NCBI GenBank assembly: GCA_046881885.1
Contig: JBKSMP010000003.1
Coordinates: 45,441 to 77,440, forward strand
Direction of reading: 5' to 3'
DNA length: 32,000 nucleotides
DNA from: Opitutales bacterium
Lineage (GTDB): Bacteria; Verrucomicrobiota; Verrucomicrobiia; Opitutales; UBA9783
Position 1 is the first letter of the stretch; each line of letters opens with the position of its first letter. This document shows positions 10,373 through 20,179 of this stretch, piece by piece. A program made the translations under genes and the position numbers. Under the pieces are notes generated by a model that saw only the letters and a list, made by a program, of their open reading frames with translations, was not told the origin of the DNA and did no database searches.

Positions 10373-13006
10373 TTAAGCTTTTTGGATCAGCTTATCGTGA
10401 TCTTTGCTTGGGAGAAGGATTTGAATGATAGCGTTATCCCCATGGGTAATGAGTTCCAACTTGCCGTGCCATTTAGAGACAATATCTTGGAATTCAGGGA
10501 AGCTGATGCCGAGTTCGATTTCGTCACCCAATTTCTGATCCTCGATAAACATACTGTTGAGGGCTTTTGCGGAAAAACCATCATTGGCAGCTTGCAAGAG
10601 GATTTGGGTATTGCCGAGCGGATCGTTGCCGATAGCAATCACGATGGTCTTGCAATTGTTCGGTAAAGCATGCCGGCAAACATTGACGAGATTATTGATA
10701 ATTCGGCGCAAAAGAACCGCATCTACGCGTGCAAAAACCGTCTCTTTTGCATTCAATTGAATTTCTAGATTTTTATTCAAAATCGTTTGTTTTTCGATGC
10801 AGCTGAGGACGCATTGGTTCAGGTCTTCGAGTCTTAATTGTGACTGATCTTTTAAACCACCGACAATAAAGTCATTGATGTAATTTTCCATTTCTGATAT
10901 AATATTTTGGTGAAGCTGACATTCCTTTTCATCGAATTCATTTAATTTTTTTTGAGAACTTAATAAATGCAATGCCATCAACGGGGACATCAAGTCATGT
11001 GATAAGCTCCGTGCCATATTGTAGCGCTCGCGGTACTTTTCTTGTTCTTTTTCTTGTTGCAGCATGTGCAAATTAGAATGAATCAAAAGTAAAACCGCTA
11101 AAAATCCTAACAAATAGAATAAATGATGCCAAGAAAGGAAATATAACCAATTCATTTCACGGTCTGCTTTTAGATAAGAAATAAAAGTAATTAAAGCAAT
11201 AAATCCGCAAGTAAAAATCAGTTTATTAACCTGCTCTCTTTTGACGCTCAAAAACATAACCACAAAGGATAATACAAGCGTTATTAAGCTTAAACCATTT
11301 TCAGTGGAGGTTACGACCTGATAAGCCGATGTAACCGGTAAACAGAAGAACAATGTCGTTAGTTTAAGCCATTGAAACCGTTTTTCTTTTTCAAAAAGCT
11401 CTAAGGATCCGCTAAAAATGAGCAGTATCGCCATTGTACCGTTTATAAGCGTTAATAGTAACTTTGAATACGTTAATGAGTTTGCATTAAATACGAGTGG
11501 CATTAATTGCAAAAATACAAGACATAAGCCTAAAATCGTATTGTTACGCATTTGCAAATCACGTACACTTAGTCGCTTCTTGGTTTGTATAACTTCGGCT
11601 CGACGCATCTTTTCCAACTCCTCTTTTGAAAACACCTTCTGCCGGCCGCCAAGAAAGTAAAAGAAAAGCACCGTTATTACGTTTGCGAAAAATCCAGGAA
11701 ATAATCCATCGATTTTTGTGATGGGTTTTATGTAAGTACTCCATAGAGTAGCAGTTGAAAATCCTACTACAGCACTTATAAATAAGCCTTTTAATGGGAT
11801 TTTCATATTGAAAATAAGGAAATATAGCGGAGATAAAATAACGGAAATCCAAACAGTGTTAACTAAAATTCTCGTTTCAAATATTCCTGTACATTGACTT
11901 GCGAAAATAACAGCACCAATTCCCATAAGAATTGTAGCAACACGAACCAATTTTAATTTAGATGTTTCTGTTATTTCTTTTTTGGTAAAAGGTAATATTA
12001 CATCATTAATGAGTGCAATACTTCCACAATTTAAAATAGAATCGGCAGAAGACATTAAAACAGCTAAAATTCCTATAATTACTATACCAAAAATGCCAAC
12101 AGGTAAACAATTCGTTATTAATGTAAATAAGGCTTGGTCACAACGATTTAAATTTGGAAATAAAACTCTAGCCCCCAAACCTAAAAATGCTGCAATAATG
12201 ACAACAAACAAAAATGTTAATCCCAAATTGCGATATGCTTTTGCACCCTGTATGTGATTACTCGTCATTAATAGACGCTGAGTGTGATGTGGAGAAAGCA
12301 TAGGAATCATTAATGGAAACATTAAAAACAAATAACGTCGAAAATTTTCTCCAGAAATTGTTATATGAGACTTAGGCAATTGATCCATCAAAGCTTGTAT
12401 GCCTCCAATTTTTCCTAAGATAACAATTAATAGAATAGGAATGGCCAAAATAAGAACCATAAATTGTAAAACATCTGTAAATGTTACGGCACGTACTCCT
12501 CCTCTTCCGGTGTAAATAAGGAGAACACCCACTGAAATTAAAAGACTCGTTACATAAGAAAAACCAGTTAAAACGTTAATAGTAGTTCCCATAGCCATAA
12601 ACTGCAAACCAACAGCAAGCATTTCATAAGTACATCCAACGACGCCTGCCAATAATTTGCCCGTTATACCATAAGACTTATAAAACATATCCCCTAAAGA
12701 ACAACATCCATAAAAATTACTGAAACGATGTACCAAAAAAACACCAATAATAATATACGCTATAGGGAATCCTATTTGAGCTAAAATTTGTGTTATACCG
12801 ATATCATAAAATTTTCCAACATTTCCCATCGTTGTTGTTCCACCAATAGCTGTCGCAGCAACGGTACAAAAAATTGCAAAATCAGAAAATTTCCTGTTGC
12901 CAATTGCATAATCACTAAACGTTTTTATCTTTTTTCCAGAGCTAAAACCTATATATAAAGTTGCAATAAGAAAGGCTATGATGATTGAAATATCGACGAT
13001 GTGCAT
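10373..13006 (-). CDS. sodium:solute symporter (SSF) domain fused to extra TM region and histidine-kinase module
   Basis: 877-aa ORF. Residues 1 to about 470 form an SSF permease (YTGRGGVRAVTFTDVLQF signature). Residues about 490-640 add further hydrophobic helices. The H-box is ARSLSHDLMSPL (His670, codon 10997-10999). A HATPase_c-like domain follows (NLVNV N-box ... ILLP end). Confidence 0.8.
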   Translation of the reverse strand: MHIVDISIIIAFLIATLYIGFSSGKKIKTFSDYAIGNRKFSDFAIFCTVAATAIGGTTTMGNVGKFYDIGITQILAQIGFPIAYIIIGVFLVHRFSNFYGCCSLGDMFYKSYGITGKLLAGVVGCTYEMLAVGLQFMAMGTTINVLTGFSYVTSLLISVGVLLIYTGRGGVRAVTFTDVLQFMVLILAIPILLIVILGKIGGIQALMDQLPKSHITISGENFRRYLFLMFPLMIPMLSPHHTQRLLMTSNHIQGAKAYRNLGLTFLFVVIIAAFLGLGARVLFPNLNRCDQALFTLITNCLPVGIFGIVIIGILAVLMSSADSILNCGSIALINDVILPFTKKEITETSKLKLVRVATILMGIGAVIFASQCTGIFETRILVNTVWISVILSPLYFLIFNMKIPLKGLFISAVVGFSTATLWSTYIKPITKIDGLFPGFFANVITVLFFYFLGGRQKVFSKEELEKMRRAEVIQTKKRLSVRDLQMRNNTILGLCLVFLQLMPLVFNANSLTYSKLLLTLINGTMAILLIFSGSLELFEKEKRFQWLKLTTLFFCLPVTSAYQVVTSTENGLSLITLVLSFVVMFLSVKREQVNKLIFTCGFIALITFISYLKADREMNWLYFLSWHHLFYLLGFLAVLLLIHSNLHMLQQEKEQEKYRERYNMARSLSHDLMSPLMALHLLSSQKKLNEFDEKECQLHQNIISEMENYINDFIVGGLKDQSQLRLEDLNQCVLSCIEKQTILNKNLEIQLNAKETVFARVDAVLLRRIINNLVNVCRHALPNNCKTIVIAIGNDPLGNTQILLQAANDGFSAKALNSMFIEDQKLGDEIELGISFPEFQDIVSKWHGKLELITHGDNAIIQILLPSKDHDKLIQKA

Positions 13007-13032
13007 ATTTTTATTTCCTAAGTTTAATCATG

Positions 13033-14457
13033 TTAAGCTTGCATTTCAGCTAAACGTTTTGCTTCCAACTCTTCCTTTGTAAACACCTTCTGCCTTCCGC
13101 CAAGAAAGTAAAAGAAGAGTACCGTTAATCCACTAATTAAAAATCCAGGGAATAGACCATCAATTTTTATAATAGGTTTTATATTTAGATTCCATAAAAT
13201 ACAGGTTGTAAATCCAAGTATCGCGCTTATAAGCAGCCCTTTATGAGAAATTTTCATATTAAAAAGTAAAAAATATAAAGGAGATACTATAACAGAAAAC
13301 CAAAGCGTACTAACTAGTATTCTTGTTTCAAATATATTGAAACGTTGGCTTGCTACAATTAAAGCACAAATCCCTATAATTAATGAGGTAATTCGAACCA
13401 TTTTTAATTTTGTACTTTCAGATAATTCACGTTTTATAAAAGGCAATATAAGGTCGTTAACAAACATAATACTTCCGCAATTGAGATGAGAATCTGCTGT
13501 TGACATTAAAACGGCTAAGATGCCAATTACAGCTATACCAAAAATGCCTACTGGTAAGCCGTTCGTAATTAAAGTAAGTAAAGCTTCGTCTCCTCTTGCC
13601 AAATTAGGAAATAGAACTTTTGCTGTTAAACCTAATAAACTTGTTAGTAAAATTAAAAATGCATAAGTCCAGGCAAGATTACGATAAGCACGTACACCTT
13701 GTTCACGATTACTTGTCATTAATAAACGATGTACTAAAATTGGGGACAGAAGTGGTATAAGCAAAGGAAACATTAAAAATAAATAACGATGAAAATCTTC
13801 TGTTTTAACTGTCAAATGTGATTGTGGTAATTGGTCTATTAAGCTACTTAATCCTCCAATTTTTCCAATAGTTGTTATTAAAAGGATGGGAAGTGCAATA
13901 ATCAATATAATAAACTGCAAAACATCTGTGAAAGTTACAGCACGAATACCGCCACGACCAGTGTAAATAAGAATAATACCTGCTGAAATCCAAAGGCTTG
14001 TTATATAAGAAAAGCCAGTTAAAATACTAATACCTGTTCCCATAGCTACAAATTGCAATGCAACTAAAAGAATTTCATAAATACTACCAACCAATCCAAC
14101 TAAAATTTTCCCTGTAAGTCCATAAGATTTATAAAAAATGTCCCCTACTGAATAGCAACCGTAATAATTACCAAAATGACGAGCTAAAAGTATGGCAATA
14201 ATCAAATATTCAATAGGTTCAACAATTTCTGCTAAAAATTGAACAATTCCAACATCATAAAATTTTCCAACTTCTCCCATTGTTGCAGTACCGCCAATAA
14301 TAGTTGCTGCTAGAGTACAAAAAATAGCGAAATCTGAAAATTTTCTGTTACCAATCGCGTAATCACTGAAGGTTTTTATCTTTTTGCCTGAAGTGAAACC
14401 TATATACAACGTTGCAACAAGAAAAGCTGCGATGATTGAAATGTCAACAATATGCAT
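13033..14457 (-). CDS. sodium:solute symporter family permease (stand-alone paralogue)
   Basis: 474-aa ORF, colinear without gaps with residues 1 to about 472 of the downstream fusion protein. The two share the N-terminus MHIVDISII.AFL.ATLYIGF.SGKKIKTFSDYAIGNRKFSDFAIFCT and the SSF signature YTGRGGIRAVTFTDVLQF. Confidence 0.85.
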   Translation of the reverse strand: MHIVDISIIAAFLVATLYIGFTSGKKIKTFSDYAIGNRKFSDFAIFCTLAATIIGGTATMGEVGKFYDVGIVQFLAEIVEPIEYLIIAILLARHFGNYYGCYSVGDIFYKSYGLTGKILVGLVGSIYEILLVALQFVAMGTGISILTGFSYITSLWISAGIILIYTGRGGIRAVTFTDVLQFIILIIALPILLITTIGKIGGLSSLIDQLPQSHLTVKTEDFHRYLFLMFPLLIPLLSPILVHRLLMTSNREQGVRAYRNLAWTYAFLILLTSLLGLTAKVLFPNLARGDEALLTLITNGLPVGIFGIAVIGILAVLMSTADSHLNCGSIMFVNDLILPFIKRELSESTKLKMVRITSLIIGICALIVASQRFNIFETRILVSTLWFSVIVSPLYFLLFNMKISHKGLLISAILGFTTCILWNLNIKPIIKIDGLFPGFLISGLTVLFFYFLGGRQKVFTKEELEAKRLAEMQA

Positions 14458-14662
14458 GACTTTTTATTAGTTGGATTTTAATAAAATGTCCAGCTTTTGA
14501 TTAAACTTTTTATTAAAAATGATGCGAGAGCTGTTAGACTAATAGAAATTCACGTGTAAAACCCATGGTCCTATTTGCTTTGCATCAGATCGAAAACTTT
14601 CAAGCAACCTTTTCTTTCTTTTGGATTGAAAAAAAGGGGAAGGTGGTGTACGTAAATAGTTT

Positions 14663-15778
14663 ATGAAAGTTCCATTGTTTGATAGTGCTGCAGTTAATGA
14701 GCATTTGTATGGTGAGTTTGAAGCTTTTTTTTCGAAATTTATTCGTTCGGGTAATTTTATTTTAGGGGAGTCGGTTCAGCGTTTTGAGAGGCATGTTGCT
14801 GAGCAAATCGGTTGTAAGCATGCGATCGGTGTTTCTTCGGGTACGGATGCTTTGATTGTAGCCTTAGGGACTTTGGATATAGGGCCTGGAGATGAAGTTC
14901 TTTGTCCATCGTTTACCTTTTTTGCAACGGCGAGTAGTGTGGCGCGCTTAGGGGCTACGCCGGTTTGGGTCGATTGCAAGGAAGCAGATTTTTTAATCGA
15001 TTTGGAAGATGCTCAACGAAAAGTTTCGGAAAAGACGAAGGCGATTATTCCGGTACATTTATTTGGGCAAAGCTGTGATGCAGAGGCTGTACTAGGATTT
15101 GCAGAGAAGCATAAGCTGTTTGTTATCGAAGATGTAGCGCAAGCACAAGGAGCGTTGTCAGAGAACCGTCAAGCGGGTTCTTGGGGGCATATGAACGCTT
15201 TTAGTTTTTTTCCAACAAAGAATTTGGGTGGATTTGGTGATGCAGGTTTGGTTACAACTAACGATGATAGTTTAGCAGAAAAAGCGCGTTATCTGCGTGT
15301 GCATGGCTCGCCAGTACGTTATGAGCATATTTATTTAGGTGGAAATTTTCGTATCGACACCTTACAAGCTGCCTTATTAGACATGAAATTACCTTATTTG
15401 CCTGAGGCGATTCGTATGCGTCGTGAAAATGCGGCACTGTACTTGGACGGATTGAAAACTTTATCAGATCATTTAGCTTTGCCGCAAGAAAAGCCGGGAC
15501 GCTTTCACACTTGGAATCAATTTACGATACGTGTTCTCAATGGGCAACGGGATCGTTTGAAGGCTTATTTAGAAGGACAAGGCATTGGCTGTGGTGTTTA
15601 TTATCCCAAAACCTTAGATTTACAGTCTTGTATGCAAGGTATTTCAACGGATAAAGGGTATCCGACACAAGTGGCTCGTAGGCTTGCGAGTGAAGTGTTG
15701 AGTTTGCCAATTTTCCCAGGTTTAAGCGCTGATCAAATTGCTTATGTTTGTGAAACGATTACAAAGTTTTTTGCGTAA
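14663..15778 (+). CDS. DegT/DnrJ/EryC1/StrS-family PLP-dependent sugar aminotransferase
   Basis: 371-aa ORF with GVSSGTDAL, DVAQAQGA and SFFPTKNLGGFGDAG (PLP lysine context), which are typical family blocks. Confidence 0.85.
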   Translation: MKVPLFDSAAVNEHLYGEFEAFFSKFIRSGNFILGESVQRFERHVAEQIGCKHAIGVSSGTDALIVALGTLDIGPGDEVLCPSFTFFATASSVARLGATPVWVDCKEADFLIDLEDAQRKVSEKTKAIIPVHLFGQSCDAEAVLGFAEKHKLFVIEDVAQAQGALSENRQAGSWGHMNAFSFFPTKNLGGFGDAGLVTTNDDSLAEKARYLRVHGSPVRYEHIYLGGNFRIDTLQAALLDMKLPYLPEAIRMRRENAALYLDGLKTLSDHLALPQEKPGRFHTWNQFTIRVLNGQRDRLKAYLEGQGIGCGVYYPKTLDLQSCMQGISTDKGYPTQVARRLASEVLSLPIFPGLSADQIAYVCETITKFFA

Positions 15779-15835
15779 AATTTTCTAAAATAAAGGTTTA
15801 CAGAAAAAGATAATTGACGTATACTTCTTACTATT

Positions 15836-16861
15836 ATGAAAACAAGAATTGGAATAAATGGATTTGGCCGTATTGGTCGTTTAGTATTCAGAGCAATGGT
15901 TGAAAAGAAACTCTTAGGTGATGAGTTTGAAGTTGTTGCGATTAACGATTTAGTCGGTGCAGACAATTTAGCCTATTTGTTAAAGTACGATTCTATTCAA
16001 GGACGTTTTAATGGAACGGTAGAGGCTAAAGGTGAAGATACTTTAGTTGTTAATGGACAAGAAATTAAGTGTTTGGCGATTAAGGAAGGCCCAGCTGCTT
16101 TACCGTGGAAGGATTTGAATGTTGACATCGTTATTGAATCTACTGGTTTGTTTACGAGCGATGAGAAGGCCCAAGGACATTTGGATGCGGGTGCAAAAAA
16201 GGTATTGATTACGGCTCCTGCAAAAGGTGACAAAGTGCGTACAATTGTAATGGGTGTTAACGAAAAGGATTTGCAAGCTTCGGATACGATTATTTCGAAC
16301 GCGTCTTGTACGACTAATTGCTTGGCTCCGATTACTAAGATTATTTTGGAAAACTTTGGTATCGAAGAAGGTTTGATGACAACTGTTCATAGCTATACCG
16401 CTACGCAAAAGACCGTAGATGGACCTTCCAAGAAAGATTGGAAAGGTGGCCGTACCGCTGCTATCAATATCATTCCTTCAACAACCGGTGCTGCTAAAGC
16501 AGTAGGATTGGTTTTGCCTGCTGTTAAAGGGAAATTAACGGGTATGTCGTTCCGTGTACCTACACCTACCGTTTCCGTAGTTGATTTGACGGTAAAAACG
16601 ACCAAAGCAACTTCCTATGCAGAAATTTGCCAAAAGATGAAAGAAGCTGCAGAAGGTTCTTTAAAAGGTATTTTAGGTTATACTGAAGACGAAGTTGTTT
16701 CGAGCGATTTCATACACGATACCCATTCTTCTATTTTTGATGCAGGATCCGGTATTGAATTGAACGATCATTTCTTTAAGTTAGTAAGCTGGTACGACAA
16801 CGAATGGGGTTACAGCAATCGTTGCGTGGATGTTTTAAAGCGTTTAGCATCTTTATTATAA
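15836..16861 (+). CDS. gap: glyceraldehyde-3-phosphate dehydrogenase
   Basis: INGFGRIGR Rossmann start, [12 protein letters not shown] catalytic Cys block and WYDNEWGYS. Confidence 0.95.
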   Translation: MKTRIGINGFGRIGRLVFRAMVEKKLLGDEFEVVAINDLVGADNLAYLLKYDSIQGRFNGTVEAKGEDTLVVNGQEIKCLAIKEGPAALPWKDLNVDIVIESTGLFTSDEKAQGHLDAGAKKVLITAPAKGDKVRTIVMGVNEKDLQASDTIISNASCTTNCLAPITKIILENFGIEEGLMTTVHSYTATQKTVDGPSKKDWKGGRTAAINIIPSTTGAAKAVGLVLPAVKGKLTGMSFRVPTPTVSVVDLTVKTTKATSYAEICQKMKEAAEGSLKGILGYTEDEVVSSDFIHDTHSSIFDAGSGIELNDHFFKLVSWYDNEWGYSNRCVDVLKRLASLL

Positions 16862-16917
16862 ACTGACTTAAATAGAGTCCCATTTTTAAAAGGTGGGACT
16901 ATCAATTCAAAAATGGT

Positions 16918-18105
16918 ATGAAAGTAGCTATCTTAACTTCAGGAGGCTTGGCGCCTTGTTTGTCGGCTGCTATTGGTGGCCTTATTCAACGTTATAACGA
17001 TTTAGATCCAAACATCGAAATCATAACTTATCTCAATGGTTATCAAGGCTTGCTCTTAGGGCAATCTCAGGTTGTTTCCCAAGAAGGTCGTGAAACGTGT
17101 TCTACTTTGTTTTATTTTGGCGGAAGCCCGATTGGTAATAGCCGCGTAAAATTGTCGAATGCGAAAGATTGCGAGAAGAAAGGTCTTATCCAAAACGGTC
17201 AAAATCCATTTGAAGTTGCTGCCGAACAATTAATGGCCGATAAAATTGATATTTTACATACCATTGGTGGAGATGATACCAGCACAACCGCTGCAGAATT
17301 AGCGCATTTTTTGGAAAAAAATAAGTATCCGTTAACCATTGTCGGTCTTCCTAAAACCGTGGATAATGATATTGTGCCGATTCGTTGTAGCTTAGGGGCC
17401 AATACCGCTGCAGAACAAGGAGCTGTCTTTTTTGAACACATCGTTCATGAGCATAGTGCTAACCCAAAAATGCTTGTGATTCATGAGGTCATGGGGCGGC
17501 ATTGTGGTTGGTTAACCTATGAAACTGCACGAATTTATACCGAGCGTCTTACACAGAGAAAGTTTGCACCTACGCTTGGATTTTCTCGTGAAAAGTTCGA
17601 AATTCATGGTATTTACGTTCCTGAATTAGACTTTAATTTGGAACAAGAAGTAAAACGCCTGAAACCTATTTTTGAACGCTTAGGATGTTTAAATCTTTTT
17701 GTAAGTGAGGGTGCTTGTGTTTCGGCGATTGTGCAACAATTGGAAGCGAATGGCGAGGTGCTTGAACGCGATGCTTTTGGTCACGTAAAGTTGGATAAAG
17801 TCAATGCAGGTAAGTGGATTGGTGATCAATTATTGAAGCATTTAGGGGCCCAGAAGATGCTTGTTCAGAAGAGCGGTTATTTTGCTCGTTCCTCTGCTCC
17901 TAATGCCTTCGATCTGAACCTTATTCAGTCCTGTGTGGATTATGCTGTAGAGTGTGCCTTAAAGAAGCAAAGCGGCTTAATCGGTCACGATATCGAAAAT
18001 GGTAACCGTTTGAGCTGTATCGCATTTAAACGTGTTGCTGGAGGCAAGCCACTTGATTGTCAATCGAAAGAGGTTCGCGAGTTTTTAAATAGGATTAATG
18101 CTTGA
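16918..18105 (+). CDS. pfp: pyrophosphate-dependent 6-phosphofructokinase (short PfkA-family type)
   Basis: 395-aa ORF. It has IGGDDTSTTA and GLPKTVDNDI, with Asp and Lys at the two positions that distinguish PPi-PFK from ATP-PFK (GGDGS and PGTIDND). Confidence 0.8.
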   Translation: MKVAILTSGGLAPCLSAAIGGLIQRYNDLDPNIEIITYLNGYQGLLLGQSQVVSQEGRETCSTLFYFGGSPIGNSRVKLSNAKDCEKKGLIQNGQNPFEVAAEQLMADKIDILHTIGGDDTSTTAAELAHFLEKNKYPLTIVGLPKTVDNDIVPIRCSLGANTAAEQGAVFFEHIVHEHSANPKMLVIHEVMGRHCGWLTYETARIYTERLTQRKFAPTLGFSREKFEIHGIYVPELDFNLEQEVKRLKPIFERLGCLNLFVSEGACVSAIVQQLEANGEVLERDAFGHVKLDKVNAGKWIGDQLLKHLGAQKMLVQKSGYFARSSAPNAFDLNLIQSCVDYAVECALKKQSGLIGHDIENGNRLSCIAFKRVAGGKPLDCQSKEVREFLNRINA

Positions 18106-18113
18106 AAACGATT

Positions 18114-18154
18114 CCCAACACATGAGGATTTCTTGGTGTTGGGCGATCATTTTT
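18114..18154 (+). terminator. possible terminator after pfp
   Basis: The 8-bp stem cccaacac / gtgttggg has a 14-nt loop. A T-run (18150-18154) begins 6 nt after the stem. The geometry is weak. Confidence 0.3.
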
Positions 18155-18242
18155 AAAACTCGTCTAAGAAACTTTAGGAAAGCACAATCTTAATGTGTTT
18201 TAGAAGGTTGTTTTCTTCAGTCTTAGTGGAATGGTCTTGTTT

Positions 18243-19298
18243 TTAGGCGTTTATGTTTTCAAAGATTTTTCTTAGAGCTTCCCCAAGCTTTTGGGAAGCA
18301 AATTCTTTTGAATCTAGAATTTCATTAGTAGAATAATCCTTAAATGCATCTTCTTCATTTTCTGAGGTTTTATTTTGACCTGCATGATCACTGACGGATC
18401 GTATGCAAAGACAAGGAATATTTCTTTTGAGACAAATATCCATTAGAGCAAAATCCTCCATGTCAAAAATATGTGGTAATTGATTGAGCGAATCTTTATC
18501 ATTAAAATGCTCTATCATTTCCATGCAAAAATGTGCATTATCAATGAAACTTCCGCTTGTAAAATTAATACAATCGTAAGCTTCGTCTAATAGATTTGCG
18601 ATTTTATTTCGAATTTCAACAATGGTTTCATTTAAACTAATGTAAGACCCATCTTGAGGTAAATTGAAATGACCAAGACTAGCTATATTTAATTTATCCT
18701 TTCTTAAGAGGGGGATATTTTCTTTTTTGGAAAAGTTACATACAGAAAATGAATCTAGGAAATAGAAACAACTGGGGATCATAATACTACCGATTTCTAT
18801 AGAATTATCGGAACATCCGCAAATACCACTTACGATGATCAATTCTAAATGATTACCTAATAAGGCCATTGCATTTCCTAGAGTGAACGAAATAGCATCT
18901 TGTCGCCTCCCGCATTCAATAACGCAGATAATATTATTGTCGATATTAAAGAATTCAACCCCACCTTGTTCAAAAGATAGTTGTTTGCGCAAACTTTTGA
19001 GAGATAGCTTTTTAGAAACATTATTTAATTTTACCAAACCTTTATTACACCTATAAGGCTTAAGATTTTCTATAACCTTTTTATATTCATATTCTCTGGG
19101 ACAAACGCATAAAAACTTAACAGACGGATAAATTTGTGGATGAAAATCTTGAGTTGTGGAAGTGGCATCTTTTGTTTTGGAAACAAAATTTTTATTGGGA
19201 TTATGTGGATGTCCATAGTTCTTTTTGGCATTCGTATTTAAAGTAAAATAAACAAAAAATGCTCCACAAATGCAGAACTTACATAAGCTTGTTTTCAT
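18243..19298 (-). CDS. nucleoside phosphorylase/nucleosidase superfamily (Pfs/MTAN-like) protein with signal peptide and N-terminal extension
   Basis: 351-aa ORF. The N-terminus MKTSLCKFCICGAFFVYFTLNTNA is signal-like. ECGRRQDAISFTLGNAMALLGNHLELIIVSGICGC parallels the SGIGKVNAA...INTGSAGG block. FDMEDFALMDICLKRNIPCLCIRSVSDHAG parallels DMEsAA....VRAISDxA. Confidence 0.5.
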   Translation of the reverse strand: MKTSLCKFCICGAFFVYFTLNTNAKKNYGHPHNPNKNFVSKTKDATSTTQDFHPQIYPSVKFLCVCPREYEYKKVIENLKPYRCNKGLVKLNNVSKKLSLKSLRKQLSFEQGGVEFFNIDNNIICVIECGRRQDAISFTLGNAMALLGNHLELIIVSGICGCSDNSIEIGSIMIPSCFYFLDSFSVCNFSKKENIPLLRKDKLNIASLGHFNLPQDGSYISLNETIVEIRNKIANLLDEAYDCINFTSGSFIDNAHFCMEMIEHFNDKDSLNQLPHIFDMEDFALMDICLKRNIPCLCIRSVSDHAGQNKTSENEEDAFKDYSTNEILDSKEFASQKLGEALRKIFENINA

Positions 19299-19367
19299 AC
19301 AATATTTAAAATGAATCTAGCACTTATAAAAGCACTTTACATGCCAAAACAACTTATAAAATGAAAA

Positions 19368-19444
19368 TGGCGCACCTTGAGAGAGTCGAACTCCCAACCT
19401 TCTGATCCGTAGTCAGATGCTCTATCCAATTGAGCTAAAGGTGC
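19368..19444 (-). tRNA. tRNA-Arg (anticodon ACG)
   Basis: The reverse complement GCACCTTTAGCTCAATTGGATAGAGCATCTGACTACGGATCAGAAGGTTGGGAGTTCGACTCTCTCAAGGTGCGCCA is 77 nt and folds as a cloverleaf. The anticodon loop is CTACGGA and CCA is encoded. Confidence 0.9.
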
Positions 19445-19537
19445 GCTTAAAACGACTTATTTATACGAAAATATATCTAGCAAATAGTCAATAAAATAAA
19501 TTGAAATTTTTTTTCAAAAGAAGAAAATACTTTATTA

Positions 19538-20179
19538 ATGGAGGAGTTTTCTGTTTATGTTATTGATTTCGAAGGAAGCTTACAAACGGGTATCCTTGAG
19601 TATGGAATGGTTGAAGTATCCAGTACGAACGGTATTTTAGGGGCAGACACTCAATTATGTAGAAATAAAACAAATATTTCCCATTTAGAGCAGGAATGTC
19701 ACCATTTGCAAAACGATACTTTGTCCCATTGTTCTTATTTTGAAGCCTATGTAGAACAATTTATAAAAGCGCGCCAAAATGCCTTTTTCTGTGCGCATAA
19801 TGCCGCCTTCGAAAATACCTTATTAAGTGCTTACGCTCCAGTATTAACCACTCATAATCAATCCCATACGTGGGAACCTTGGGTAGATACCTATTTTTTG
19901 TATAAAAAATATTTAAAAATTTCTTCATGTGGCTTAAAAGAATTGATCGAAATGTTTGACTTAAGGGGTGTTTTGGAAAAAATTTCAGGAAAATTTTGCC
20001 CGCCGACACGCAAAAATTTCCACTGTGCACTTTATGATGCCCTTGCTTGTGCGCTCTTATTTTTAAATTTTATCCGACTTCCAGAAATACAATCCAAATC
20101 CCTTACTTGGTTGTTGCAAATGAGCAGCCCCTTAAAAACCGTACAGGAATTACAGCAGCAGCAGCTTTTTAAAGCTTAA
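19538..20179 (+). CDS. DEDDh-type 3'-5' exonuclease (DnaQ/epsilon-like)
   Basis: ExoI is VIDFEGS. ExoII is AHNAAFENTLL, with Glu where Asp is usual. ExoIII is HCALYDALACALLF. Confidence 0.7.
   Translation: MEEFSVYVIDFEGSLQTGILEYGMVEVSSTNGILGADTQLCRNKTNISHLEQECHHLQNDTLSHCSYFEAYVEQFIKARQNAFFCAHNAAFENTLLSAYAPVLTTHNQSHTWEPWVDTYFLYKKYLKISSCGLKELIEMFDLRGVLEKISGKFCPPTRKNFHCALYDALACALLFLNFIRLPEIQSKSLTWLLQMSSPLKTVQELQQQQLFKA

Noticed and set aside
16876-16900. 7-bp hairpin (agtccca / tgggact, 11-nt loop) between gapA and pfp, considered as a possible terminator.
   Set aside because: The stem is short, the loop is large and no T-run follows. With only a 56-nt gap, gapA and pfp may be co-transcribed.
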